A DNA stretch of 55,553 nt, the filler included, from Dimargaris cristalligena (lineage: Eukaryota): assembly GCA_003614675.1 (NCBI GenBank). It is 2 parts of 2 records of this genome, joined end to end, with 100 filler letters (N's around TTAATTAATTAA, not from the genome) between each part and the next. Parts side by side here need not be neighbours in the genome. Positions count along the whole stretch, not along the records: positions 27,845 to 55,553 come from ML002511.1; 1 more part is not named here. One strand, given 5' to 3'. Shown here piece after piece: positions 38,629 to 49,316 of this stretch. Within the stretch, counting starts at the first letter, position 1, and the number at the start of each line of letters is the position of its first letter. The notes beneath the pieces were generated by a model. The model worked only from the letters and a program-made list of their open reading frames with translations, made no database searches and was not told the origin of the DNA. Both the position numbers and the translations under genes were made by a program.

Positions 38629-38782
38629 TGGGCGGGGTATATTTATGCAGATGTTTTCCGGGGAAGAATCTGTCGCCGGCCCCTTACGTATTTAATCATG
38701 TACTTACCCCTCATTTACCACATACTGGGGCATACTGACTTTGACAGCACGGCGAACTCCAGTGTCAGCTTTGGTCGGAAAT

Positions 38783-38809
38783 TAATAATAATAATAATAA
38801 TAATAATAA
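38783..38809. repeat. (ATA)n microsatellite
   Basis: About nine AAT units. Confidence 0.85.
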
Positions 38810-40504
38810 ACACTGGGTCGAAATATACCACTCGCCGTTAATATGGGCTGCACCAATTCCCATAGCTGGTATAGCAATGTTACATACGCCGTATTCCAAC
38901 ACCGGTACGCAGGAAGGCTGTCGCACGGGAATACCGTAGGCGCCAGCCCTAAATAGTTATTCCTGCGTGAGATGGAGCTTGGTCGAAATTTACCTATTTC
39001 GAGAAGATAATTGGCTAAGGGTTCGCTTTCTCGTGGCATCCCAATGGAATCGAGATGTCCCTTTTTACTCGGCGTACGACCGTCCCGTACCCTCAAAAAT
39101 ACCAGTCCGCCAAGGCTGGCTTGGTGAGTATCATGCATAAAGGGGAACAATGGCGACTACCTCTTGCGCCTAGGTGGGTGCAGGCACGGGGCCATTGACG
39201 AACCGGACAAGGGCCGCACCTCTCCGCTTATCCCCTCACCCCTGCCTCCTTTTGTAACCATTCGTTCACTCTGCTCAGTTTACCCTGCTCTATTCCCCAC
39301 CTATCCCCTGAAATCAGCGCTCGGTCGTCAGACAATGTGTAACCCGGCCTTCACTTCATAGGCCTCTTCTGTTTCGACGGGTGAGAGAGAGAATACAGTG
39401 GACAATTTTCCAAGTTTCAGCGTTGAACCATATACGTAGTTTGGGTGGGTGGGTGACAACAGTGGGCATAGTGCACGCATATTTGGAGAGTGGTAGGTGG
39501 GGGTGTGAACGACGACAACGATGAGGAGGGGGGTTCTTCACGGGGATAGGTATCGGAAAATCACAATAGTTGGACCCTGCTCTCAATTTAATCCTTTAGG
39601 GGGTTCCCATCTGGGAGGTTTACTAGAAGCCAAATAGCGCCGCTCTTTATCGAGAAACGGCTGGTAATCATAATGCGACCTTCGTATACTCACCATTCTC
39701 GATCAGCGAAGCGACAATGGAGACGAGAGGGGGAACAGAGAAGGCAAATTCAGGCCGAGGGAGTACCCGCACCAAGTTGAAGGGGTGTGGGGCATTAGTC
39801 GCGGTGCCTTCGCTACATCCGCCCCAACGGCTTCCCAGTACGGCGTTACGGAGGGTTCGGCATAGTGTAGGTGTATATTATGCAATAAAAAGGGAGGACT
39901 AGGTACTACCACCCAAGGACCCTTTCCGCCAGTTAGCTTAATGCCCTACATCCATGGTGTGTTTCACCAGTATCGGCCCATTTTTAATAAGCCATAGCAT
40001 TTTTATTCAAAGGGATTATTGCAGCTGCCCTTTTGGGTGCATTATTTTCGGGCGATTTGCGCTGGATTTGTATATATGCTCATCTGCGGTCGGCTACCAA
40101 GCCCTGCGGCTCACTGCTGGACTGTATGCGCATCGCCGGACCACCCCCTTATCCATTAACCTGTACTTGAATTCTTTCTCTCATTATATGCTCTTTGTCT
40201 GGCGCATTCATTTTCGCCCCCCCTTCCTTTATAAACCCAGGCCAATCCTCCACCGCAGCTTCTTCTTTTTTCCAATTATCTAACCCTAAAAGGTGTTGTA
40301 GCTGTCTGGGGCCGTCATTGCCCTCTGTTAACCCTTTTACCCTCTCTCCTCCCCTCCGCTCTTATCTTACTCCGTTGCCTTCTCGTCACACTGCGACGGT
40401 GGTTATTATTCTCCGCCCCCTATCTCCGCTTTAAGCCCCTTCTTACTTCCCTATTCACTCACATACTCACTCTCTCGCTAGCCCCTTAATCCCTTCGTTT
40501 AGCC

Positions 40505-41344
40505 ATGGCCTCCGCCTACCGCTTTTTCCGTATGGAAAACTTCGACCCGGAGAGGTTCGTCACCTCCAACATCGTCGGACCTCGATTCCTCTTCTACGCC
40601 CGCCTGCTAATCGCTCTCTATTCCCTGGCCACTATCGTGGTCATGTTCGTGACCAGCGAAGAGCGCTTCTTCTGGTACATGACCAGCTGGTCATTCTTCG
40701 GCCTGACCATCTATTTCGCCTTGGCTACTTTTATCTCGTGGCGGTACTGCTTCGGACCCCTGCGCTTCACGGAGCACCAAAACCCCCTCGCCCGCGTCTC
40801 CACCCCCGTGCGCGCCGCCTACTGGTTTCTCTACGAAAGTGTGGCCGTTCTTCACCTCCTGGTGCCCATCGTGTTCTGGGCCCTCCTATCGTCGGCCTTT
40901 GATACCTCCACTTCCCTGACCATGTTCTCAAGCATCGGCCCTCATGCCACCGACTTCTTCCTCATGGCCACCGAGGTTCTATTCAATCGCCAGCTATTGC
41001 AATTAAGCCATATGGTCGTTCTCCTCATTGTCCTGGCCTTGTACCTGGCCCTCGCGTATTTGGTATGGGGTGCTACTCAGGTATTCGTGTATTCATTCCT
41101 TAACTTCCATAAACTCCACGGCTATATCGCCCTGGTGGTATTGGCCATGGGCGTGTTTTGCTGCCTTCTTTTCCTCATTCAATATTTCGTTCACCGCGGC
41201 CGCGACTATGTTTTCCGGCGGCGGCGGGCGGTCCTTGTGGTCCGGGAAAAGGCCAACGGACAGTACATTGAAACGACGCCAATGCCTCGAGGAGGAGCTT
41301 ATGCGGCACCCGTGTCTATCACGACTCCCCAGCAAATCCCGTAA
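40505..41344 (+). CDS. Multi-pass membrane protein, FAR-17a/AIG1/rolling-stone-like, paralog 2
   Basis: 279 aa tandem paralog (FDPERFVTSN, YMTSWSFFGLTIYF, YWFLYES, HRGRDYVFRRRR, C-terminal QIP). Confidence 0.8.
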   Translation: MASAYRFFRMENFDPERFVTSNIVGPRFLFYARLLIALYSLATIVVMFVTSEERFFWYMTSWSFFGLTIYFALATFISWRYCFGPLRFTEHQNPLARVSTPVRAAYWFLYESVAVLHLLVPIVFWALLSSAFDTSTSLTMFSSIGPHATDFFLMATEVLFNRQLLQLSHMVVLLIVLALYLALAYLVWGATQVFVYSFLNFHKLHGYIALVVLAMGVFCCLLFLIQYFVHRGRDYVFRRRRAVLVVREKANGQYIETTPMPRGGAYAAPVSITTPQQIP

Positions 41345-42403
41345 CTATTTTCAGGTCCCAGCTCGGCCTGGGTCTCTCCCCTTTTCGTATATATATTTTT
41401 TATCTTCCCTTTATGTTTTTTTTTGTTTTTTTGCTTTTACTGTACCAACATCCCCCGTATCCTTTTGGGAGTATTTATCATTGCGCCCCTCCCTATAATA
41501 TGGGTTTTTTTGCCCTTGTTATGGCTTGGTTCGTCGGTAAACCAAATCCTCTATCCTACTACACTTTGGCCAGTTGTTTTATTGGTCCCTGATGATCATT
41601 TTTCCTTTTGGTCCCCAATTTAACCCTAGTTCCGGGCCATTAATATATTTTTATGATTGGTGAACCAACGTATCCGAGTCGCATGGTCTCGTTGATTTAC
41701 TAGCCCTTCCCACATCACAGTAATGGGGGTGCTCTATTGGCCAGCATCCGTCATATTCGTCTTTAGTGATTGCCTCCTAAATAGAATCAGGCATATAGGA
41801 TGCTTAATTTTGGGTAGTTAGGGAAAATCAGGCCTCCAGGCCAGTAATCAGTCTATAGTTTTGTGAGAAAATATCAGCAGACATGTAATTTTCATCCATG
41901 TGTAAATATGGCCTGTGTCAATTTAGTAGCATGACAGTCCCTTTCCCATTCTCGACGTCTTGGCCCTATAAGCCCGATTTTTATTATACTTTAATTCTAA
42001 ATATGCCTGTTTTTAGTGTTTGGGCTTATAGTTGGGTCCGTGATTTAATATTTAATAGTTAATATAGAATTTCTCCCACTCGAATATCACCAATGCAACA
42101 TTGGTAGGCCTGGGTATAACCCCGCGGAGCTGAATGCCCTTTATACATCTAGCATTGTAGTTATTTATTGCAGTTAGACTATAGGTATAAAAAATGAATG
42201 CCCATGGCAAGGGAAACTGGGGGCTTGTCAATTAACACCGCAATGTTAATCAATGGCGGGGGGGTGGTTCGTCTATTGCCTCATATCCCAACTGGTATAC
42301 CTTGGTGTTTCGGCTGCTCTCATGCCCAATTTCAATAGAGGCTAAGTCCTTGGGAAAGGGCATCTAAAAGCCATGTTTATTGGCGGAATGGTCTAAGAAG
42401 GGA

Positions 42404-43057
42404 CTATTTCAGCTGTTTCAACTGCTTTCCAGTAGAGTGGCAGCGGGACACCATGTCCTCCAAGGCCTTCCACTGGCGAGCACCAGCCTCCGTCCCAGGG
42501 AACGAACCGAAATAGATGACCCAGCTATTATCATCTATATTATCCGTTTCCGGCAGGGTTCTCACTTTACTCTCTTTATCATACGTCTGATCGTGCTTTG
42601 GGACATGGTAAAGCGCAACGACAGGGGTCGACGATTCCGTCTCGATTGTAATTTTGTAGATGATTTGGTTGTTGTTGGCCCATTCTTTGATTTGTTTTCG
42701 GAAATATATGACTAATGGGGTGCGGGAGGGAAGACTCCTCATATAGCTTAGGAAATGACTCCACGCGGTACCCGCGAAATAATAAGGGGTCCAGCTGGTG
42801 GCGGAAGATGGTCTATCTAAGAATTGCTGTTCCGTTGGAAGATGCTTGAATAACGGGGACGTCGAGTCGCTATCCTTGGCTTCGGAGAAGTGGTAAAAAT
42901 CCCCCACTTCAAAGGTGGGTAAAAATGGCGAATATGTTGGGGACTGCCCAGTGGCCCGGTTTTTGGGAAGTGCGGGATTACTATCTCCGGTGTTTTTTGT
43001 GTAGGGCGTAGAGCCCATTACCGTCCCAGCTAATAGGGCTAAAGTTAGTCCGCGCAT
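42404..43057 (-). CDS. Lineage-specific predicted secreted protein (217 aa)
   Basis: ATG 43057 MRGLTLALLAGTVMG signal-peptide-like; the longer 253-aa ORF call runs back into a MITE. No recognisable domain. Confidence 0.55.
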   Translation of the reverse strand: MRGLTLALLAGTVMGSTPYTKNTGDSNPALPKNRATGQSPTYSPFLPTFEVGDFYHFSEAKDSDSTSPLFKHLPTEQQFLDRPSSATSWTPYYFAGTAWSHFLSYMRSLPSRTPLVIYFRKQIKEWANNNQIIYKITIETESSTPVVALYHVPKHDQTYDKESKVRTLPETDNIDDNSWVIYFGSFPGTEAGARQWKALEDMVSRCHSTGKQLKQLK

Positions 43058-43083
43058 AATGATGATGAAGGTTTGAGGCAGGA

Positions 43084-43225
43084 TATGGGAGAGGTTCAAC
43101 CGAGCTGTATACCGAAAAATCCGTTGGATGAAGCAAATAGTACTGGTTAAAAATAAATCTCCCATACATTATCCCATACAATTATCATTTAAAACCTTAT
43201 ACGGCTGGGCCGAACTTCACCCATA
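43084..43225 (+). mobile_element. ~140-bp MITE, copy 2
   Basis: Near-identical to 7539-7678, with the same TIRs. Confidence 0.85.
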
Positions 43226-43390
43226 TAAAGAGTGGAGGGGTATTATATTTGTGCCAAGCTCACTATACTTAGCGCAGGAGTAGTTTTGGTGGCGGTGGAG
43301 TGTGTAGGAATAGGTATGGGCCTAAAATAAAGCATGGATGAAGGGGTGGGTATTTTTGAAATAAATGGGCGGCACATTAGGCCTCTTATA

Positions 43391-43532
43391 TATGGGCGAA
43401 CTTCAAATCAGCTGTATAAGGTTTTACATAATACGTGTATGGGCGAATATATGTGAGAATAGCTTTTAACCAGTAATATTGGCCGCATCCAACGGATTTT
43501 TCATTATACAGCCTGAATGAACTTCTCCCATA
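43391..43532 (-). mobile_element. ~140-bp MITE, copy 3 (inverted, more diverged)
   Basis: tatgggcgaacttcaaatcagctgtataaggtttta...catccaacggatttttc...gaacttctcccata is the reverse complement of the family consensus. Confidence 0.8.
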
Positions 43533-44864
43533 TGCTTGTTTTTAGGGATATACCGCTCCCCTCCATTGGTGTAACCCTTGAAGTATATAGGTGAACACCA
43601 GCCCAACTCGACAAGGGTTTCGATAGAAGAAGAAGGGGAGGTATCAGTTTAACCAACAGCGGACCTGTCTCATCAAACGAATTAGTCGCTTCATAACCAA
43701 ATCGAATCCCTCCCCTATGTGGACTGTACGATGCGAGGTGGTCCACCTCGTCTCCTTTGTCATGCCCGTGTTTCGTCTGGAAAGAGGGCTTACACTCATA
43801 CTTACTATTGTAACCTCTGTTTGATTGCTGTTTGGCCAACTGATTATGGGTGTGCAACAGCCAATGTACCCCTTTGAGGCCTATTTTTAGTTAAGTAGTT
43901 CCCCCCTTTAGCACCGAACCACCTAAAGATTCGGGTAAATGATTATCGAAAGGGCATTCGGTTGTAAGTGTGTGCGACCCCATCCACCGTCTTAGCAAGG
44001 GGCCTCTAGTGTGAGGCAGGCGGGCATTCTAGCCGGTGGTTACCTTCATTGAATTAACACCCCTGCTATGACCTAACCGAGCCTCCCCTATGGAAAGCAT
44101 CCGAGCTGCTAGTGTGACGAAGGGAGGCTACTTAGAGCTGTCTTGGTTGCAATGCTCTTAAGGGCGATGTGTTGGTGCGACATAGTCTCGGTTGTTATAT
44201 ATTTTGGTTAGCTGAATAATATAGTCACCGCTGAGTCGTTCCTAACCCTACAACATCAAATAATGCTGGTTATCGAAGTCAGTTATGGTGTTTAGCCATT
44301 ATATCTGACCATGTAGAATCTGACCATTGCTAGCAGCGTCTCCCGGAATGAAAAGGCTATACCACCAATATATGGCGTACTGTGCCCCAATTTTGGCTAG
44401 AGTAGCTAGCCCCCATCGAAAGCGTAGATAGCTGTATAACTAGGTAGTATATGCAAATCATCAAGGCTAGCTTAATAGCCCATGCCAAAACCTGCTTGGA
44501 TAGAGCGACTGCTATTGTACTGCCCCACCTCATAGTGGGTGTGTCCCCTGGACCATCGTTAGTCCTTGAACCACGAAGTCTCACCCCCCAGGCTAAGGCT
44601 TTGAGACCACCCCTACTCCGCTTAGTCATACTAAGTGAGTCGCTTCCCCCCTAGTTCCCTGCACTTCTCCGGCATTTCCTCCCTTATTCCTTCTTCAGCC
44701 TACATCAACCGAGGTTGGCCTAGTCTTCTTTATTCGACTGCATTCCTCCGCTTGACCTTCACCATTTCTTTTATTACTTACTTTTTATTTACCCCATATT
44801 CTTGTGTCTAGCCTTATCCCCGCCTCCCCTCCTCTTTCTCTTCAGCCAATCCCTTCCACCCATC

Positions 44865-46148
44865 ATGGCCTCCGCCCTTTTCAGCCAGCCCACCCGTACC
44901 GGCCATAGTAGCAGCTATATCAATGGCTCCCCCGTGCAATTCAAAGCCGGCCGTTTATTCCGCGATGGCACGACCAATTGGGTCAAAGCCGATCCCCGCA
45001 AGGGTCTAATTTTCATGCGCCAGGCCGATGACGGTCTGATGCATTTCTACTGGAAAGATCGCCGCAGTCACCAGATTGAGGAGGACCTCATCATCTTCCC
45101 CGAGGATGCCGAATTCATCAAGTGCCAGCAATCCGAGGACCGGGTGTATCTCCTCAAGTTCAAATCCTCCAGCCAGCGCCTCTTCTTTTGGATGCAAGGC
45201 TCGAATCTGGACCGGGACGCCGAGGCCTGCCGTCGGGTGAATCGTTTGTTGAATGCCACCGTGTACCCCAGCGAGTCGGACCACCACGCCGCGGGAGCGA
45301 GTGAGGATGCCGCTATGCCCGGGTTGGTGGACGAAGCGGCCCTGACGGATATGGCCCGCTCGGTGGACCATCTCTTGGGTACCTCACATCACCATCACCA
45401 CCACGGACGGGACGCCGGTGCCGAAACGCCGACCCCCCGAGGGTACGGTGAGGCCCAAGCTGAACCGACCGATTTGGACAGTGACGACAACGCGTCGGCC
45501 AAAGCCACCGTGGGTAGCACGACGACCTCTGTTGTGGAATCCGTCGCCGGTACCGCCCCCTCTGGTTCCGCTGCGGCCTTAGCGGCCCGCTCTTCGGCGG
45601 CCGCCGCCGCACGATCCCGCGACCAGTCCGCCTCGTGGGCCCACCTCCGGGAAGTGATGACGAACCTCAAAGTGCCCGACCACGAATCCCCCTCGGGCGG
45701 TTCCCGTGGGGCCGGCGGGGCCCACTCCTCAACCGACGATGTGGACCTCCCGGACGTTTTATCCCCCGAAACCCTGAATACGCTCTTGGCGGACCCTGAA
45801 GTCTGCACCGCGCTGTTCCCCTATCTGCCGGAATCCCCCGGCGCGGAAGCCCCCGCCTCCGGCCGGGGTAGTTCGGCGACGCCGACCCCCTCCACCCCCC
45901 ACCAACGGTCGCCCCAGGAAGTGCGGCAAATCGTGCGTTCCCCTCCCTTCCAGCACGCCCTGCGGTCGCTCAGTTACGCCCTTCAGACCGGCCAGTTGGG
46001 CCCCCTGATCCAGCAGCTCGGCTTGCCTCACGATGCTAGCTATAGTGTCGAAAGCTTCCTGCGGGCCATTGAAAATCAGGTCAAGCAGGAAAGCGGGACC
46101 AACCAGTCGTCGTCCCAGCAGAGTGATAATATGGACGAGGATCTGTAG
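44865..46148 (+). CDS. RPN13: Proteasome ubiquitin receptor Rpn13/ADRM1
   Basis: Pru domain (QFKAGR, DPRKGLI, DGLMHFYWKDR, DLIIFPEDAEF, RVYLLKFKSSSQRLFFWMQ) and C-terminal UCH37-binding region (VRSPPFQHAL...LQTGQLGPLIQQLGL). Confidence 0.95.
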   Translation: MASALFSQPTRTGHSSSYINGSPVQFKAGRLFRDGTTNWVKADPRKGLIFMRQADDGLMHFYWKDRRSHQIEEDLIIFPEDAEFIKCQQSEDRVYLLKFKSSSQRLFFWMQGSNLDRDAEACRRVNRLLNATVYPSESDHHAAGASEDAAMPGLVDEAALTDMARSVDHLLGTSHHHHHHGRDAGAETPTPRGYGEAQAEPTDLDSDDNASAKATVGSTTTSVVESVAGTAPSGSAAALAARSSAAAAARSRDQSASWAHLREVMTNLKVPDHESPSGGSRGAGGAHSSTDDVDLPDVLSPETLNTLLADPEVCTALFPYLPESPGAEAPASGRGSSATPTPSTPHQRSPQEVRQIVRSPPFQHALRSLSYALQTGQLGPLIQQLGLPHDASYSVESFLRAIENQVKQESGTNQSSSQQSDNMDEDL

Positions 46149-46705
46149 AGTGGACCAGCTAAATCCAGTTTCACCCTATCCGCTCCGATCTTCACCATCG
46201 CCGTACTTTTCTGCCCCCTTCGACTGTTCAACTACCCACCCCCCCTCCCTCGATTACTAATCGCAAACCCTTCCTGCACCTCTCGCCCTTCTCTTTTCCT
46301 TCCCATCGCTCTATCAATCACCCTTCCTTCTTCAGTCTGTACTATCCCGCTGATCCACATACGGTCGTCCCAGTCGGTCGATTATCGCTGCTCTTACACC
46401 CTCTGGTATTTTGTATCCACCCCGCCCGATTGTTTCAATCTGGCAGGTGTTTCTGATTTAATACTCAATGAATATGTTACAAATGCTCGAAATTATAGTG
46501 CTATTCCCAATCCCATTTCCGACAGCGGCTACTATTGGGCTGGAATGCAATGGCGTGTCTTTCGGGGCTTCGTTTCCGAGATGGATAACGCTCGTTGAAT
46601 AGAGCAGGTCATATAATTGTACTTAGTCACGTCCAGGGTATTAGGAATCAGGTGGTAGTGTTTTTATTAAAGGGTGCTATTGACTAGGTATTCACGCAGC
46701 ATAAT

Positions 46706-47554
46706 CTAAGCAAAAGAGTCCCGGAAATCCACTAGGGTATCAAGGGCAATCTGTAAACTGGCTAGCCGCTGAATCATTTCTTGTACCGTGTCGCCTTTAT
46801 CCAAAGCCACCTATATAATGGCAAGGTTTAGAGGGGGGAGGGAATAGGAGGTTGGTAATTAGAAGACCCGTTGATATTGATGGCATATTATTTGAATAGT
46901 GGTATTAGGAAGGTAAGAGCAAAATCTATTGGGCGCGTGTTTTACCTTGAGCAGCTGGTCGCGTGTGGTTCGCAGTAACTCGATCTCGGACTCGCTGGCC
47001 TCCGACGGATTTATGGTTGTTGCAACCTACGGGCCGGGGAATAGCAATATTTACGGTATAGATGAACTAATTAATCATGGGTGCATGGGATAGGGTCAGA
47101 GTCACGTCGGAGCCGTGCGTTGGGTGTACACATGGTATGCTCCGCAAGAGCATAGCACACCGGGCTTAGAGGGGGCACCACATACCTTATCGACATTTTC
47201 GAGGGCCCGTTTAAACCGGTCCAGGTCCTGCTGGTACTGCTGCCGGTTGCCGCCGAGGGTCTCCTTGGTGACCGGGTCGGTGGTTGTTGAGGTTGAGGTT
47301 GACGTTGGGGTAGCCGCTGGTGTAGCTTCCGTGGTGGGTCCATTCAACGAACCAGTGGTTAGGGCTGTCGCCGCGGTAGGTAGTGGCAGCGATTGGGTAG
47401 GCGGATGGGACTTTATGGATCGGACCATGCGCTGCGTATTGGATAGTAGGAGATGAATACTTTGGTTTAGGTCAGCTAAAGAGCGCTGGGCCTCTCGGAC
47501 GGCCGAAAGGGGGGCGGCGCTCTGGGCGACTTGCGTGGGAGTGGAAACGTTCAT
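46706..47554 (-). CDS. Small coiled-coil protein (184 aa), possibly Mediator subunit Med30-like
   Basis: Exons 47554-47186, 47026-46946, 46810-46706, all phase 0 with GT-AG; C-terminus SEIELLRTTRDQLLKVALDKGDTVQEMIQRLASLQIALDTL. Gene structure is solid, identity is tentative. Confidence 0.65.
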
Positions 47555-48166
47555 GAATGGAGGAGAGTCGGTGGACGCTACTAAAGTAATAGGGGAGGCG
47601 GAGAAATATGAAGGGTAATGTCGATTGGGCTGTGGGTAGAATAGTCGCCTCTCTTGCGTATATCTAAAAAGATGAATGGGAGTGGATGACTTTAAGACGC
47701 CCTGGGGTGGTCGAATAACAAAAGGAAAGTGTTACCAAGGCAATGGACTTTACTTGAAAAGGGGTGTAGTTGGTAGGCCAGGTAAATTCCACTATGGAAG
47801 TATTCCCTGGACGCCCTGGCAGTCGCCTGGTACTTGGTCACTGTCAACCGGATTGCCAGTTGCCTTCCGTATTACGTTTGTGTCTGTTGATGTCTTTTTA
47901 CTTATAGCGCTTGCACTCGACATTTCCGAAACTATGGCGACCGGTAAGCTATTCATAATGACTGGCTTCTGGCTATGCACCAATTTGCCACCCGTATTTC
48001 TGGGCCACCGCGTCAATAAACCCGGTGGAGTTATGCATGTGGGCCGTCGCCATGCGCATTCACTTGACCCCATGAGCAAGTCAGCACTTTAGAGCCCCCA
48101 TTCTACCCCTCCTTACCATTTCCCTTCCATCCCACCTTCTTTGTCGGAATTGTTTATTTTATTTGT

Positions 48167-48699
48167 ATGGGGGTTGATAACTCAGCTCCTCATGAAGTCG
48201 CATTTTGCAGCCATATCGACGACGAGGCCATCAACCAACTCGAACAACAGGTTGGCCATGTCTCGGGCCAACTAAACCAGTATATTCAAAGCCTACAAAT
48301 GCAGGTGAATCAGTGTACGGAAGTGACCCAAAAGGCTCTGGCCATCCATTCCGAAGCGTCCCTTAATGTGGCCCAGGCCGTCCAACAGGCTATTTCCACG
48401 ACCTCGCAAATGTTCCGGCTGTGTGACCAACTGGACCGCGAAATGCAAGGCATCGAACCTCTGCGTGAGCAAATGTAAGTTTGGCGTTGCCTATAGCTTC
48501 ATCTTATAGTTCTGCCTGCTTATTATAAGTATCTACAGTACTGGACAGCATATACCATCGAAATAATATGCAGCTCGATAGTCCCGTACGGTACTAACTA
48601 TCACAATTGGTATTTTTGGTTATTTCCTAATATTCTTCGCATGGCTATAGTCGGGACCTTAAACAGGCACTAGATGTAATGGAATACACGATGAAATGA
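48167..48699 (+). CDS. BORC subunit 6 (lyspersin/DUF2365)-like coiled-coil protein
   Basis: Exons 48167-48474 and 48651-48699; ...MFRLCDQLDREMQGIEPLREQIRDLKQALDVME resembles the BORCS6 C-terminal pattern as recalled. Start codon uncertain. Confidence 0.7.
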
Positions 48700-49316
48700 A
48701 CTGGCCACAAGCAATGGTTCCACCTTTCAATAACGTATATAGGCCTTCCATTTAAATGCTAGTATACCACCCTGAAACAGGCCGCTGTATACAATCTTTG
48801 TAAAAATAAATATTTAGTAAGGTTGGCCCAGTACCCCAGCATATTCCTTAGTCTAAGATACTATGCGGCGTGCCCTTATAGGGCGAGTATATTAGCGACT
48901 GTTGGCAAAACTTAAAGTGCATCTATAAAACTGTATAGATGGAAAACAAGTGGTTAGAGGACAGTTGGTACCTCTTAGGTGGCCAGTTTCATTGAATAGT
49001 ATTGGCGGCAGGGGTCATTTTAAGTAGTTATAATGAAAGGAAAAATATTGCCATAATTGGCTATAAACATATGATAGTAGTAGACCCGCCGGGACATATT
49101 CTTCAACATATTGTGAACCTCCCCTTATCAAGCCCATAAGCAATAGCTATTTTATTTACATTCAAGTGGACGGCATACTAATATTCACCAAATCAAAATA
49201 TAAGAGGTATAGCTATATCAGTTGTGGTTAAAGAAATATTTCTCTTGAACTTATCGCTGGCTAGTACAAAAGAAAAAGACAGGCATTTCGTTTTGAGATG
49301 AATAGGAAGCGCCGGG

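Noticed and set aside
43058..43165. N-terminal extension of ORF 42404..43165
   Set aside because: Derived from MITE sequence; the signal-peptide start at 43057 is more plausible.
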